Shown here: one piece after another, positions 1-9,446 of the stretch | How the letters are laid out: every line of letters starts with the position of its first letter | Numbering within the stretch: the first letter of the stretch is position 1 | Origin: a virus | Length of the DNA: 45,414 nucleotides | Virus genome (UHGV): UHGV-0206544 | Reading direction: 5' to 3' (one strand) | Translations under genes and position numbers: made by a program | The notes under the pieces: generated by a model | Told to the model about the DNA's origin: nothing | Seen by the model: the letters and a program-made list of their open reading frames with translations, nothing else | Databases searched by the model: none

Positions 1-435
1 ATGCCTATCGACATTACATCGGCTAACAGTAAGCTGCGAATCGTCGTACCTGCTTACTACCCTGGCGGTTTTGACGTTGACGATTACGCAGCAGACAACA
101 TGTTTGAGACTGGTGCGCTACAGAACAAAGAAGACATGATGTCAGCGGATGGTAAATACCATGCTGGCTTCATCTTCAACCCGACAGAATTCACCATTAA
201 CCTCATGGCGACATCGAATGCCAGTAGCTTGCTGGATGACTGGCTGGCAGCAGAGCGAACGGCAATCTCAGCGTTTGCCTGCAACGCTGTCCTGACTGTT
301 CCGGCATTGAGTGCGAAATGGAACTTTGTTAACGGTGTGCTATATACCTGGACTCCAACGCCTCCGGGGCGTCGGGTTCTGCAACCACGTCCTGCAGTAT
401 TCCACTTCGAATCAGTAACACGGAGCGCTATTTGA
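1..435 (+). CDS. tail tube-like protein; follows the sheath gene at the window end if the sequence is circular
   Basis: 144-aa ORF starting at nt 1. The last 11 nt of the window (AAGGGAATAAACC) give an SD 7 nt upstream when circularised. It sits upstream of the tail chaperone and tape measure genes. Confidence 0.5.
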   Translation: MPIDITSANSKLRIVVPAYYPGGFDVDDYAADNMFETGALQNKEDMMSADGKYHAGFIFNPTEFTINLMATSNASSLLDDWLAAERTAISAFACNAVLTVPALSAKWNFVNGVLYTWTPTPPGRRVLQPRPAVFHFESVTRSAI

Positions 436-845
436 TGGCACGTAAAGAGATCCCCTTTATCGTTGAGGATGACAACCGCGACAAAGGGAAGGAATTTATC
501 ATCACTGAAATGTCGGCATGGGATGCCGACTCTCTGGCTCAGGATATCTTCCGGGCGATGGGAGAGTCGAACTACACAAGCATTCCTGCTGATGTGATTG
601 CAATGGGTTGTGCTGGACTGGCTACTGTCGGGCTAAGCGTAATTTCTGCATCTTCTCCTGATGTTGCTCACACTCTGCGTGACCGTCTGATGTCTACAGT
701 TGAAATCGTCATCACTCACGATGGTCAGCGTAACCGCCGCAAGGTTAATGGTGCTATCGACTTTGAAGAGGTTTCAACTATCCGCTCAGTGCTGGATAAA
801 GTGTTTGCGGTTAATTTCGATTTTTTAACCATCGCCGAAGGGTGA
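432..845 (+). CDS. tail assembly chaperone (lambda gpG analogue)
   Basis: 137-aa ORF directly upstream of the tape measure gene. Ends at a TTTTTTA slippery heptamer (821-827) with a -1 frame ORF following. Confidence 0.55.
   Translation: MMARKEIPFIVEDDNRDKGKEFIITEMSAWDADSLAQDIFRAMGESNYTSIPADVIAMGCAGLATVGLSVISASSPDVAHTLRDRLMSTVEIVITHDGQRNRRKVNGAIDFEEVSTIRSVLDKVFAVNFDFLTIAEG
821..827 (+). promoter_or_regulatory. -1 programmed ribosomal frameshift slippery site T_TTT_TTA (G/GT-type)
   Basis: The heptamer is in the 0 frame of ORF 432..845 (codons GAT TTT TTA). The -1 frame is open from 827 through 1057 (NHRRRVKYPFLEEE...). Confidence 0.6.
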
Positions 846-1057
846 AGTACCCGTTTTTAGAAGAGGAAACCCTTCCGGCAAAATTAGTTTCACCTGTCAA
901 TATATCACCGACTATCAACGCCATTATCTGTTCAGGAAAAGCCACATACATCGAGCTTCAGGAGAAACTATCCGTGCTGGATATGTATAACCTGCTGGAG
1001 ATTATTTCTGTGGAAAACTTCAATCAGCGCGTATGGCATAAACACCAGGAGCAATGA
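842..1057 (+). CDS. -1 frame extension of the tail assembly chaperone (gpGT-like fusion C-terminus), probably not independently initiated
   Basis: ORF in the -1 frame relative to 432..845. Upstream of the tape measure gene; start overlaps the downstream gene (ATGA). Confidence 0.45.
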   Translation: MKYPFLEEETLPAKLVSPVNISPTINAIICSGKATYIELQEKLSVLDMYNLLEIISVENFNQRVWHKHQEQ

Positions 1058-2817
1058 TGATCGTTAACGAGTTGGCCTATAAGGTCACAATTAAGACCGA
1101 CGAGTTCCTGAACGGCAAGCGCAAGCTGAAGAATGAAGTCAAAGAAATTGAAGGCGATTTTGACCGATCCAGTCGTAACATCAGTCAGACATTAAAGTCC
1201 ACGACTGGTGAGATGGGTAAATTTGGAACGGCTGCCGTATCTTCATTCAGAGGTGCTTACACGGCTGCTGCTGGCTTTCTTGGTATCGGTGCAGGTCTGT
1301 ACGGTATCAAGCAGTTATTTACCTCAACAGCGAATGAGATTGTCAGAGCAAGTCAGCAGGCTAAGTTCTTCGGTTCTGACGTGAATAAGATGTTCGGTGT
1401 ACGCCGTGGCTTCCAGCAGGCAGGACTGAATGGTGATGCGTTCATTTCTGCTGCTGGCAGTGCAAGAATGGCGCTGGCGAACATCGCTGACCCGACTATC
1501 TTTGGCGGGCTTACTGGTGCAGCACAGAATCTGATGGTGCTAGGCGCTCGCACAGGCCTGAATATCAATAAGCTTGGCGACCCGAACAAAGCGCTATCCG
1601 AGTTTACTCGTTACGGTAAAACGCACTCCCAGGAAAACCTGATGCAGGTAATGGCGGCGGCTGGATTCGATCCGACTGACGCAGCCAAAATTAAATCTGG
1701 TGAGTTGAAGTCACTTGTCGATTCAGAGACGAAGAAATCAAATATCACCGCTGCTCAGGTGAAAGAGCAGGAAGCGCTTGTTGCTACTCTTGGTCAGCTT
1801 GATTCTCAATTCGACAGAATCAGACAAGACCTTGCGATAGCATTTGCACCTGAAGTTATCAGTGCGATGAAAGCGTTTGGTGACTGGATGAGGGAGCATC
1901 ATGGAGACATCATTGGTTTCTTTAAAGATGCCGGTGACTCAATTAAGAAACTCTCTGAGTCGGTAGGTGGGGCTACGACATTACTGCTTTTACTGGCAGC
2001 AGGGTTAAGATCTAATCCTCTTGTAATGGCAGCTATTGCAGCATCGAGCACCGTTAATGCCATAGACAAAGCAAATGCTGAGGCAAAAATAGCCGGAAAG
2101 AATGTTGGGGATTATGTTTATGACCAGGTGCATGGAGAGAAAAAACCATTTCTGACATGGGAATCCATCAAGTCATTCTTTGGAGTAGATGAAGTCGAAC
2201 AGCATGCTCAGTCAGCAAGAATGGCACAATCATCTGGGAATATGGATGATCTTCTTCATGGCATCATGATGACAGAGTCAAGCGGTAACCCATTAGCATA
2301 TAACGTATCGTCAGGTGCTGCTGGCGCTTACCAATTCATGCCAGGAACGGCTAGAGATATGGGATTGCGTGTTGACTCTCAGGTGGATGAGAGACTTAAC
2401 CCAGAAAAGGCGAGAGCAGCAGCGTCTGTTTATATGACGCAATTGCTGAAGAGATATGATGGAAACGTTGATAATGCTCTTCGCGCATATAACTGGGGCA
2501 TGGGGAACGTAGATAAGTGGATCGCAAATGGTAGTGATATATCACAATTACCAAAAGAAACCAGAGAGTACACTGGTAAAGTATATGGGAACATGGGAAA
2601 TGCCAGAAACTACTACGCTACACAAGGAAGATTGGCTGACACCAGACCATATCAGTTAGCATCTAGTGGCGGGCAGCCCCAAATCACCAACAGCACCCAC
2701 ATCAACACCGTGAACGTAAACAGCAATCCGCAAACAGTAGACTCGTTGACGAGAAGCATTAACCAGCAAGCGCAGAGACAATCAACAAACTCATCATTTT
2801 CTTCCTCTGTTAATTGA
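1054..2817 (+). CDS. tail tape measure protein with C-terminal lytic transglycosylase (SLT) domain
   Basis: 587 aa with helical, Gly/Ala-rich N-terminal half. C-terminal motif GIMMTESSGNPLAYNVSSGAAGAYQFMPGTARDMG is typical of the SLT catalytic region. Position after the chaperone frameshift pair. Confidence 0.75.
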   Translation: MMIVNELAYKVTIKTDEFLNGKRKLKNEVKEIEGDFDRSSRNISQTLKSTTGEMGKFGTAAVSSFRGAYTAAAGFLGIGAGLYGIKQLFTSTANEIVRASQQAKFFGSDVNKMFGVRRGFQQAGLNGDAFISAAGSARMALANIADPTIFGGLTGAAQNLMVLGARTGLNINKLGDPNKALSEFTRYGKTHSQENLMQVMAAAGFDPTDAAKIKSGELKSLVDSETKKSNITAAQVKEQEALVATLGQLDSQFDRIRQDLAIAFAPEVISAMKAFGDWMREHHGDIIGFFKDAGDSIKKLSESVGGATTLLLLLAAGLRSNPLVMAAIAASSTVNAIDKANAEAKIAGKNVGDYVYDQVHGEKKPFLTWESIKSFFGVDEVEQHAQSARMAQSSGNMDDLLHGIMMTESSGNPLAYNVSSGAAGAYQFMPGTARDMGLRVDSQVDERLNPEKARAAASVYMTQLLKRYDGNVDNALRAYNWGMGNVDKWIANGSDISQLPKETREYTGKVYGNMGNARNYYATQGRLADTRPYQLASSGGQPQITNSTHINTVNVNSNPQTVDSLTRSINQQAQRQSTNSSFSSSVN

Positions 2818-2883
2818 TACGATCGATTTATTTCATGCCCTGTTTTGTTTTTGAACGATAGAATAAAGCATGGAGGAAAGTCT

Positions 2884-3063
2884 ATGAGAAGCTCTTTACT
2901 TTATCTGTTTATCTATACACTGACGCTTACTTTTATTGCCAAGCCAGTGGACATATTAATGATGATAAGCCCATGGCATGCGCTATTGCTACTTGCTGTA
3001 TGGGTTTCTGTATCTTCTGGCATTGTTCATATAATTCACTTCTGGCCTACTAAAGTACGTTAA
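2884..3063 (+). CDS. small AT-rich hydrophobic membrane protein (moron)
   Basis: Start moved to the internal ATG with SD GGAGGAAAG (ORF track 2845..3063). 59 aa, two predicted TM helices, followed by a strong terminator. Confidence 0.4.
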   Translation: MRSSLLYLFIYTLTLTFIAKPVDILMMISPWHALLLLAVWVSVSSGIVHIIHFWPTKVR

Positions 3064-3089
3064 AAGCCCGCTTCGGCGGGTTTTTTATT
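3064..3089 (+). terminator. rho-independent terminator
   Basis: AAAAGCCCGC-TTCG-GCGGGTTTTTTATT: GC stem, tetraloop, T6. Confidence 0.7.
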
Positions 3090-3918
3090 GCCTGGAGAAA
3101 CGATGAGCATCATCGACCTCAACACAGCAGATATATTCAACGCTATCGGCGGCGGCTCTCCGCTTTCTATCATCGATAGCGTTCTGCATCCTCAGTATGT
3201 GATCCGCAATAGCAAGACCAATGCTGTAGCACTGGAGTTCAGTGGCATGGCATCAATCCAGCCAAGCGGAAGGGCTCAAATAACAAATGCTCCTGTTGAG
3301 GGTGGCAAGTATCAGTCCATCAACAAGGTGAAAGAGCCGTCTGTAATTCGGTGTGAAATCATCGTTACTGGCCTTACCGGATTCTCAGGTAATATTCCCA
3401 ACATTTTCGACCTGACGTTTACCAGCCAGAGCAGTACGCTAGATACCATCAAGACGATGCTGGAAACGGCAAACACCTACGACATCGAGACACCAAAAGA
3501 AACTCTACAGAGCTATGACCTTGTTGATCACTCATACGAAGTGAATTCTCAGCGCGGTGTAAGCATGCTGACTATCTACCTGTACTTTCAGGAAGTGATG
3601 CAGCAAATGGAGGTGATTCTTTCCGGTGCGCAGACAGAAAATAAGCCAACAAACGACAATGTTAGCCAGGGCGTAACTGGAATGGGTGAGGCAACGAAGG
3701 ATGCCGGCTCATCTCCATCGACTTTAGATGAACTGGGTAAATCGTGGTCGTCTCTTAAGACATCGGTAAGCGGAATAGTTACTACGGTGTCAGATACGGT
3801 TACGGCAGGATTTCAGAGCGCACTTGATACGGTGTCGAAGCCAGTTCTTGAAGTTGCAAATAGCGCCACGCAGAAGGCGGCTGATCTCGCCAAAGAGATT
3901 AACGAGAATATCACATGA
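3088..3918 (+). CDS. tail/baseplate-associated protein (hypothetical)
   Basis: 276-aa ORF just downstream of the tape measure gene, translationally coupled (ATGA) to the next ORF. Confidence 0.45.
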   Translation: MPGETMSIIDLNTADIFNAIGGGSPLSIIDSVLHPQYVIRNSKTNAVALEFSGMASIQPSGRAQITNAPVEGGKYQSINKVKEPSVIRCEIIVTGLTGFSGNIPNIFDLTFTSQSSTLDTIKTMLETANTYDIETPKETLQSYDLVDHSYEVNSQRGVSMLTIYLYFQEVMQQMEVILSGAQTENKPTNDNVSQGVTGMGEATKDAGSSPSTLDELGKSWSSLKTSVSGIVTTVSDTVTAGFQSALDTVSKPVLEVANSATQKAADLAKEINENIT

Positions 3919-4217
3919 GAACAATACCTCTTGAACCAAAGAAATCTCAGTCGATATCCGTTGACCTTGCAGGGCAGCGTTGCACTATCAGGCTGATTCA
4001 GCGCGAAAGCTTCATATATATGGACCTAACAGTTAATGGCAACCCCATTATGCAGGGGGTGCCATGCCTGTACGGAAACAGAATGGTCAGATACAAGTAC
4101 CTGGGATTTTCTGGTGACCTGGTCTTTCTGGATAACGCAGGTCAACTTGACCCGTCTTATGAAGGCCTTGGTGGTCGCTTTGTGCTGTACTACATAGAGG
4201 AGAGCGAGCTTGTATAA
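3915..4217 (+). CDS. tail/baseplate protein (hypothetical)
   Basis: 100-aa ORF overlapping its neighbours by ATGA/8 nt within the tail module. Confidence 0.4.
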   Translation: MRTIPLEPKKSQSISVDLAGQRCTIRLIQRESFIYMDLTVNGNPIMQGVPCLYGNRMVRYKYLGFSGDLVFLDNAGQLDPSYEGLGGRFVLYYIEESELV

Positions 4218-5076
4218 CCAGCGTTCTCTCAGGTTTGAGTTTACTAACGAAACATCTTCCTTTGATGAGAAAGGTAATAACACAATTTCCATCAGTGAGG
4301 TTCGTTCAACAGTATCCTTTCAGTCTGCTGGAAACCTATTTGGCACTCAGGTAAATGTCAGCCTTTTCGGGTTGAGTATGGAGCTTCTGGCATCGCTGTC
4401 ATCAAAGGCAATGGGTTTGTTCGGTTCTGATACTGAACGAATCAGCATGAAGATTTATGTTGGCGATACTGCGATTTTCGTGGGTTACATGACGTCTTCT
4501 ATCGCGAACATGAATACCTCTCCCAATTCAGCACTAATGATCGCCGCAACAGCAAACGCTGACCTGCAAAACAAGCCGTCGCCTCCATTCTCGTTCAATG
4601 GTGCCACTCCAGTGACCAGCGTCATCACTGCAATCTGTAAAGCGGCAGGATACAGCCCATACATCACAGGCCTGGATGGCATAGTTGCAACAAACCCTCA
4701 CTATGAGGGGAGCATATTTAATCAACTTGAGAAACTGTGTGACGACTTTGAAATAGCAATGTCGGTAGCATCACCAACAATCACCTTCTGGCCTCAGAAT
4801 GAGAAGAAAGATGATGTAATGCCACTTATTTCGCCTGAATATGGACTAATAGGTTATCCGATATTTTCAAATGGTGGAGTGATGTTCCAGACGCAGTTCT
4901 CAACGCTGTTGACGACCGGTCGTAATGTCAAACTCATCACATCTCTTCCTCACGCAAGCGGCACATACAAGCTAACCAGCGTTAGCCATGAGCTTTCGTC
5001 ATGGATGCCAGACGGACCATGGCACTCGGTGTGCATCGCGAACAGAATACTAAACGAGGTCGATAATGGCGGATAA
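4210..5076 (+). CDS. baseplate hub-like protein (hypothetical)
   Basis: 288-aa ORF between the tape measure region and the spike/baseplate genes. Confidence 0.4.
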   Translation: MYNQRSLRFEFTNETSSFDEKGNNTISISEVRSTVSFQSAGNLFGTQVNVSLFGLSMELLASLSSKAMGLFGSDTERISMKIYVGDTAIFVGYMTSSIANMNTSPNSALMIAATANADLQNKPSPPFSFNGATPVTSVITAICKAAGYSPYITGLDGIVATNPHYEGSIFNQLEKLCDDFEIAMSVASPTITFWPQNEKKDDVMPLISPEYGLIGYPIFSNGGVMFQTQFSTLLTTGRNVKLITSLPHASGTYKLTSVSHELSSWMPDGPWHSVCIANRILNEVDNGG

Positions 5077-5758
5077 CCTGTTTACGCCAACCAGCGCACA
5101 GACAAGTGAAGCGGAATCCTTCTCATACATCTTTAAAAGCCTCCTTTCGGGGGCTTTTTTTATTGAGCTTGTCCAGGTGGAGGCTATTCGTGGAACTGCG
5201 CCAAATCTGGTTGTAGATGTGCTTCCTCTGGTTACAAGAACAGACCCTAGCGGGGCGATGATTGATAACTCTCCAATATATAACGTTCCAGTTTTTCGGC
5301 TCCAGCGTGGAAACAGCGCGGTCATTATGAATCCTGTTCCTGGCGATATAGGGATGATTGCTGTGTGCGATCGGGATAATTCAGTAGCCAGAGCAAACAG
5401 AAAGCAATCCATACCTGGCAGCAAAAGAACACACAGCAAATCAGATGCGCTTTACCTTGGTGGATTCCTGAACGGTGAACCGACACAATTTATAGAGTTT
5501 GCTGATGTGGCGATAAACATCACCACGCCTAACCCGGTAAATATCAACTGTTCGTCAGTGAATATCACTGCACCCGATGGTGTGAATATGACTACTCCTT
5601 TGTTAAAGGTCAGCGGAGATATTCAGGACAACTCCGGCACTCAGTCATCTACGGTTAAAAACCTCAGAGACAACTACAACTCCCACAAACACCCGGTATC
5701 AGGCGTACAAACCGGAAGTTCTACAGTTAACTCCAACACAACGGACAAGCCTACATGA
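5066..5758 (+). CDS. baseplate spike / gpV-like protein (start uncertain; GTG at 5177 possible)
   Basis: 230-aa ORF in the baseplate cluster. A terminator-like hairpin inside its first 100 nt suggests the true start is downstream. Confidence 0.4.
   Translation: MADNLFTPTSAQTSEAESFSYIFKSLLSGAFFIELVQVEAIRGTAPNLVVDVLPLVTRTDPSGAMIDNSPIYNVPVFRLQRGNSAVIMNPVPGDIGMIAVCDRDNSVARANRKQSIPGSKRTHSKSDALYLGGFLNGEPTQFIEFADVAINITTPNPVNINCSSVNITAPDGVNMTTPLLKVSGDIQDNSGTQSSTVKNLRDNYNSHKHPVSGVQTGSSTVNSNTTDKPT
5133..5163 (+). terminator. terminator-like hairpin followed by a T-run
   Basis: AAAAGCCTCC-TTTC-GGGGGCTTTTTTTATT, lying inside the N-terminus of ORF 5066..5758. Confidence 0.4.
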
Positions 5759-6114
5759 CATACAGAACCATGCAGTTAGACACGTCTACGTGGGACTTAA
5801 CACTGGATGGAAACGGGAATATTGCCATTGCTGATGAACTGTATTCAGTGGCTCAGGATGTTGCCAGTGCGTGCCTGGTATTCTCTGGAGAATGCTATTA
5901 CGACAACACTCTGGGAATTCCGTGGAAATCCGATGTGCTAGGCAAGCGTCCAACACCAGGGTACGTGGCACAGAAGATGCAGACTGAGGCCAAAAAACTA
6001 CCAATCGTTGATCAAGCACTGGCTACGGTCTTTTTCGATAAAAACACTCGTCGTATGCGCGGCACAATTCGCGTTACGGACATCAACGGTAATACAGCGA
6101 CGGCAACGATATGA
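5755..6114 (+). CDS. baseplate protein (gpW/gp25-like position)
   Basis: 119 aa, ATGA-coupled to its neighbours, lies before the baseplate J-like gene. Confidence 0.45.
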   Translation: MTYRTMQLDTSTWDLTLDGNGNIAIADELYSVAQDVASACLVFSGECYYDNTLGIPWKSDVLGKRPTPGYVAQKMQTEAKKLPIVDQALATVFFDKNTRRMRGTIRVTDINGNTATATI

Positions 6115-7340
6115 CGACTTTAGAAACTGCTGTACCTGATGTAACCATCACTGAGAATGGCCTGTCCGTCCCAGATATTTCTGATGTTCTTGCGGGTCGC
6201 CTGACAGATATGACAACCGCTCTAGGTGGTGGTGCCAGTCAATCGTTAAGCTCACCACAAGGGCAGATCGCCCAATCTGATACTGAAATCATCGCGCAGG
6301 AGTACGACAAGCTTCTATGCCTGTTTAACCAGGTTAACCCTGATTACTCAACTGGAAGGTTTCAGGATGGGATTGGTCGAATTTACTTCATGGATCGCAT
6401 CTCAGCGCAGGGGACGGTGGTCACTGCAACTTGTATTGGTCAGGTAGGAACAACAATCCCTGCTGGAAGTTCTGCGGTAGACACAAGCGGATATATTTAC
6501 CAGTCAATCGACAACGCGGTAATCCCATCGACTGGATCGGTTGACGTGCAGTTTATTAATACCACTACCGGCCCTATACCATGCGCAGCAGGGGCGCTTA
6601 ACCAGATTTACCGCGCAGTATCTGGATGGGATTCTATAACTAACCTCAGCCCGGGTGTTGTTGGTGTTGATGTTGAATCGCGGATTGCCTTTGAAACACG
6701 CCGCAGACAGTCAGTGGCGAGAAACAGCAGGAATCAGGATGCTTCTACGCTATCTGCGCTTCTTGCTACCAATGGCGTGCTGGATGCTTATGTGTGGTCT
6801 AACAGAACTGCTTCCACAGTAAACCAAGGGACGACAAGTTTTCCTGTTCTTGCCCATTCTATTTACATTTGTGTGTATGGAGGAGCGGATTCTGATGTAG
6901 CAGAGGCGATATTCAACACCTATAACCCTGGTGCCAATCTCAATGGAGATACCACATACACGATTTATGATAACGTAAACTACACCGCACCATATCCCTC
7001 TTATGACATGCAATGGCAGAAAGCCACACCAACGCGAGTCTATTTTAATGTTGAGCTTGATAGTTCTCTTAATCCTCCAAGTGATATCACTCAGCAGGTT
7101 AAAACGATGATCGCATCAGTATTTAATGGTGGTTACGAGGGAATTGGCAAGGCTCGAATCGGGGCGACTATAAACTCCGGAAAGTACTACGCACCAGTAA
7201 TTTCAATCTCTCCCGATACGGTGGGGATTCTTACGCTGGAAGTCTCTCTGGATGGAACTGCGTACGGTCCAGCGGTAACCATGGGAATAGACCAGGTACC
7301 AACCATTCAGGAATCTGACATAACTGTTACATTATCGTAA
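6111..7340 (+). CDS. baseplate J-like protein
   Basis: 409 aa with size and position typical of baseplate J (follows a gpW-like gene, precedes gpI-like and tail fibre genes). Confidence 0.55.
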   Translation: MTTLETAVPDVTITENGLSVPDISDVLAGRLTDMTTALGGGASQSLSSPQGQIAQSDTEIIAQEYDKLLCLFNQVNPDYSTGRFQDGIGRIYFMDRISAQGTVVTATCIGQVGTTIPAGSSAVDTSGYIYQSIDNAVIPSTGSVDVQFINTTTGPIPCAAGALNQIYRAVSGWDSITNLSPGVVGVDVESRIAFETRRRQSVARNSRNQDASTLSALLATNGVLDAYVWSNRTASTVNQGTTSFPVLAHSIYICVYGGADSDVAEAIFNTYNPGANLNGDTTYTIYDNVNYTAPYPSYDMQWQKATPTRVYFNVELDSSLNPPSDITQQVKTMIASVFNGGYEGIGKARIGATINSGKYYAPVISISPDTVGILTLEVSLDGTAYGPAVTMGIDQVPTIQESDITVTLS

Positions 7341-7350
7341 GGGGTGAGGC

Positions 7351-7989
7351 ATGTTGGAAGACACCATTCTTACCCAGTACTCAGCGAGCCAAAAACTATT
7401 ATCCATCATCGATACGTTTAATCAGGCGATAAGCCTTGATGATTTCACAGATGAGTTTATTAACAAAGTATGGGATTTAACTACCTGTGAAACATTCGGT
7501 CTTGATATGTGGGGAAAGATAGTTGGAATCAGCCGCTACATTAACGCACCGATAGAAAGCAGTTCATTCGGCTTCAGTGAAGCTGATGATGCAGATCCAG
7601 ATTACCCTACACCATTCAATGAATCACCTTTCTTTGGTGGTGTTCAGGAAACTACAAACGTCAGGCTTGGAGATGACGCTTACAGAACACTGATATTCTG
7701 TAAAGCATTTACAAACATTAGCATTGCGACAATTCCAGATATAAATAAATTCTTAAAGATTTTGTTTTATCAGCGAGGGAGAGCATATTGTGTAAATTAT
7801 AGAAACATGACAATGGGTATTACATTTGAATTTGAACTTGCTCCATATGAAGAGTCAATTCTAACAAATTATGATGTAACACCAGTACCCAGCGGCGTTC
7901 TTGTTAATATCAGGCAGATTATATCACCGTATTTTGGATTTGCTTCAGATGCATATCCATTCAATGACGGCACATTCTACAGAGACTAA
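7351..7989 (+). CDS. baseplate/tail protein (gpI-like, DUF2612-like position)
   Basis: 212 aa between the J-like gene and the tail fibre gene. The C-terminal third is markedly AT-rich. Confidence 0.45.
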   Translation: MLEDTILTQYSASQKLLSIIDTFNQAISLDDFTDEFINKVWDLTTCETFGLDMWGKIVGISRYINAPIESSSFGFSEADDADPDYPTPFNESPFFGGVQETTNVRLGDDAYRTLIFCKAFTNISIATIPDINKFLKILFYQRGRAYCVNYRNMTMGITFEFELAPYEESILTNYDVTPVPSGVLVNIRQIISPYFGFASDAYPFNDGTFYRD

Positions 7990-7991
7990 AT

Positions 7992-8771
7992 ATGAACCGT
8001 TCAGATTCTCCAGCAAAGCAACCCGTCCCTTTCGGACATAATGGACAAAGAGAGCCAATACTGGCGACCACTCCATCCGGTGATAACACAGCATCTTACG
8101 ACTTAGGCTTCCCACCAATAACAATGACATTAAAGTCAGCGGGCGGCCTACCCCCTAAAGGACAGGATATGAACCAAATCCTGTACGAGCTATCTGCACT
8201 TTCCAGATGGAGCAGCACTAACGCTATAAACAGGTACGATGCAACATTCTCCACCTCAATAGGTGGATACCCACAGGACGCATTGGTACTAGGAGATGAT
8301 GGGATCACTGTATGGAGAAGTAGTAGTAATAATAATACGAACAATCCAAACTCCGTAACAACTGGTTGGGTAAAAGTAGCAGATGATATCTCATCAATTC
8401 TCCAACTAGGAACGGCATCCAAAAGAGATGTTGGAGTAGGAGCAAACCAGATACCTGATATTAGCTACTTTACAAAAAGCACTGCCGGTGGGGCCGCAGT
8501 AATATTCACATTGCCAGGAGGAATGATAATACAGTGTGGAAATATTGGTCCGTTATCAGCCGGGGCCTCCGTTACTGTTACCTATCCAATCCCATTCCCT
8601 TTAGCTATGGGGTTTGTTATTCCCGCAGCGTCTGCATCCGTTGATTCAACCACTCCTGTTGCTCTCGCATTTGACTCTGCCTCAGTTGCTGACTCCAGAA
8701 ATACTGTAATATTTAGAAACTGTTCTACTCGCGGCAACCCTGGAACTCGATATCTTGCTATTGGATACTAA
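7992..8771 (+). CDS. tail fibre protein
   Basis: 259 aa. Conserved N-terminal anchor (GFPPITMTLKSAGGLPPKGQDMNQILYEL) followed by a divergent AT-rich C-terminal domain. Followed by a tail fibre assembly gene. Confidence 0.6.
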   Translation: MNRSDSPAKQPVPFGHNGQREPILATTPSGDNTASYDLGFPPITMTLKSAGGLPPKGQDMNQILYELSALSRWSSTNAINRYDATFSTSIGGYPQDALVLGDDGITVWRSSSNNNTNNPNSVTTGWVKVADDISSILQLGTASKRDVGVGANQIPDISYFTKSTAGGAAVIFTLPGGMIIQCGNIGPLSAGASVTVTYPIPFPLAMGFVIPAASASVDSTTPVALAFDSASVADSRNTVIFRNCSTRGNPGTRYLAIGY

Positions 8772-8774
8772 AGC

Positions 8775-9209
8775 ATGAAAAATTTCATATTCAGTGCGTT
8801 AAACAATGCGTTTTATCCACTTTCACTAAAAAGCCGTTACATAGAAGCAGGTAGTTGGCCTGATGATTGTGTAGAGGTTGATGACGAAGTCTTTCAAAAA
8901 TACACTGGAGAGCCTCCTGCAGGGAAGGTTCGTGGTGTAAAAGATGGACTCCCTTGCTGGATTGACTTGCCGCCACCAACCCAAGAAGAGCTTGAAGCTA
9001 TAAACAAACAAACACAATTCAAATTAAGAGATATTGCAGACTCTGAAATAGCATGGAGGCAGGATGCCGTTGAGTCTGACTTTGCTACAGAAAAGGAAGT
9101 GACTGAGTTATATGAATGGAAAAAATACCGCGTATTGTTGATGCGGATTGATACCAGTGCTGAGCAAACCATAGAATGGCCAACCCCTCCAGAAGCCTCT
9201 ATCCTGTAG
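8775..9209 (+). CDS. tfa: tail fibre assembly protein (Tfa family)
   Basis: 144 aa. N-terminus MKNFIFSALNNAFYP...WPDDCVEVDDEVFQ and C-terminal EAINKQ...WRQ are typical of the Tfa family. Confidence 0.65.
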   Translation: MKNFIFSALNNAFYPLSLKSRYIEAGSWPDDCVEVDDEVFQKYTGEPPAGKVRGVKDGLPCWIDLPPPTQEELEAINKQTQFKLRDIADSEIAWRQDAVESDFATEKEVTELYEWKKYRVLLMRIDTSAEQTIEWPTPPEASIL

Positions 9210-9446
9210 CTAATAGGATTAGCTCAACATGACTAGATAAGTGCGTTTTGCGCTAACGCAATGGCTATGCGTGTGACGTCGATGAATCATAAAACAGTAG
9301 CAACATGCGGCGATATTTGTTGCCTGTGCATGACTCATTGCCTATCATGAGTATGCAGTTGTAAGGTTGCAATTATTGACCACATGTCTAGGTTTTTTAA
9401 TTAAACCATAGCTATCGTCACGATGATACTGAAAACAGGAGAGAGC

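Noticed and set aside
84-284. Antisense ORFs inside structural and replication genes (for example 84..284-, 1353..1589-, 23263..23736-, 36493..37143-, 39510..39992-, 44125..44574-)
   Set aside because: They lie entirely within longer, functionally recognisable ORFs on the opposite strand, lack SD sequences, and in several cases are low-complexity mirror images of the real reading frame (for example the Ser/Arg-rich antisense of the charged scaffold segment).
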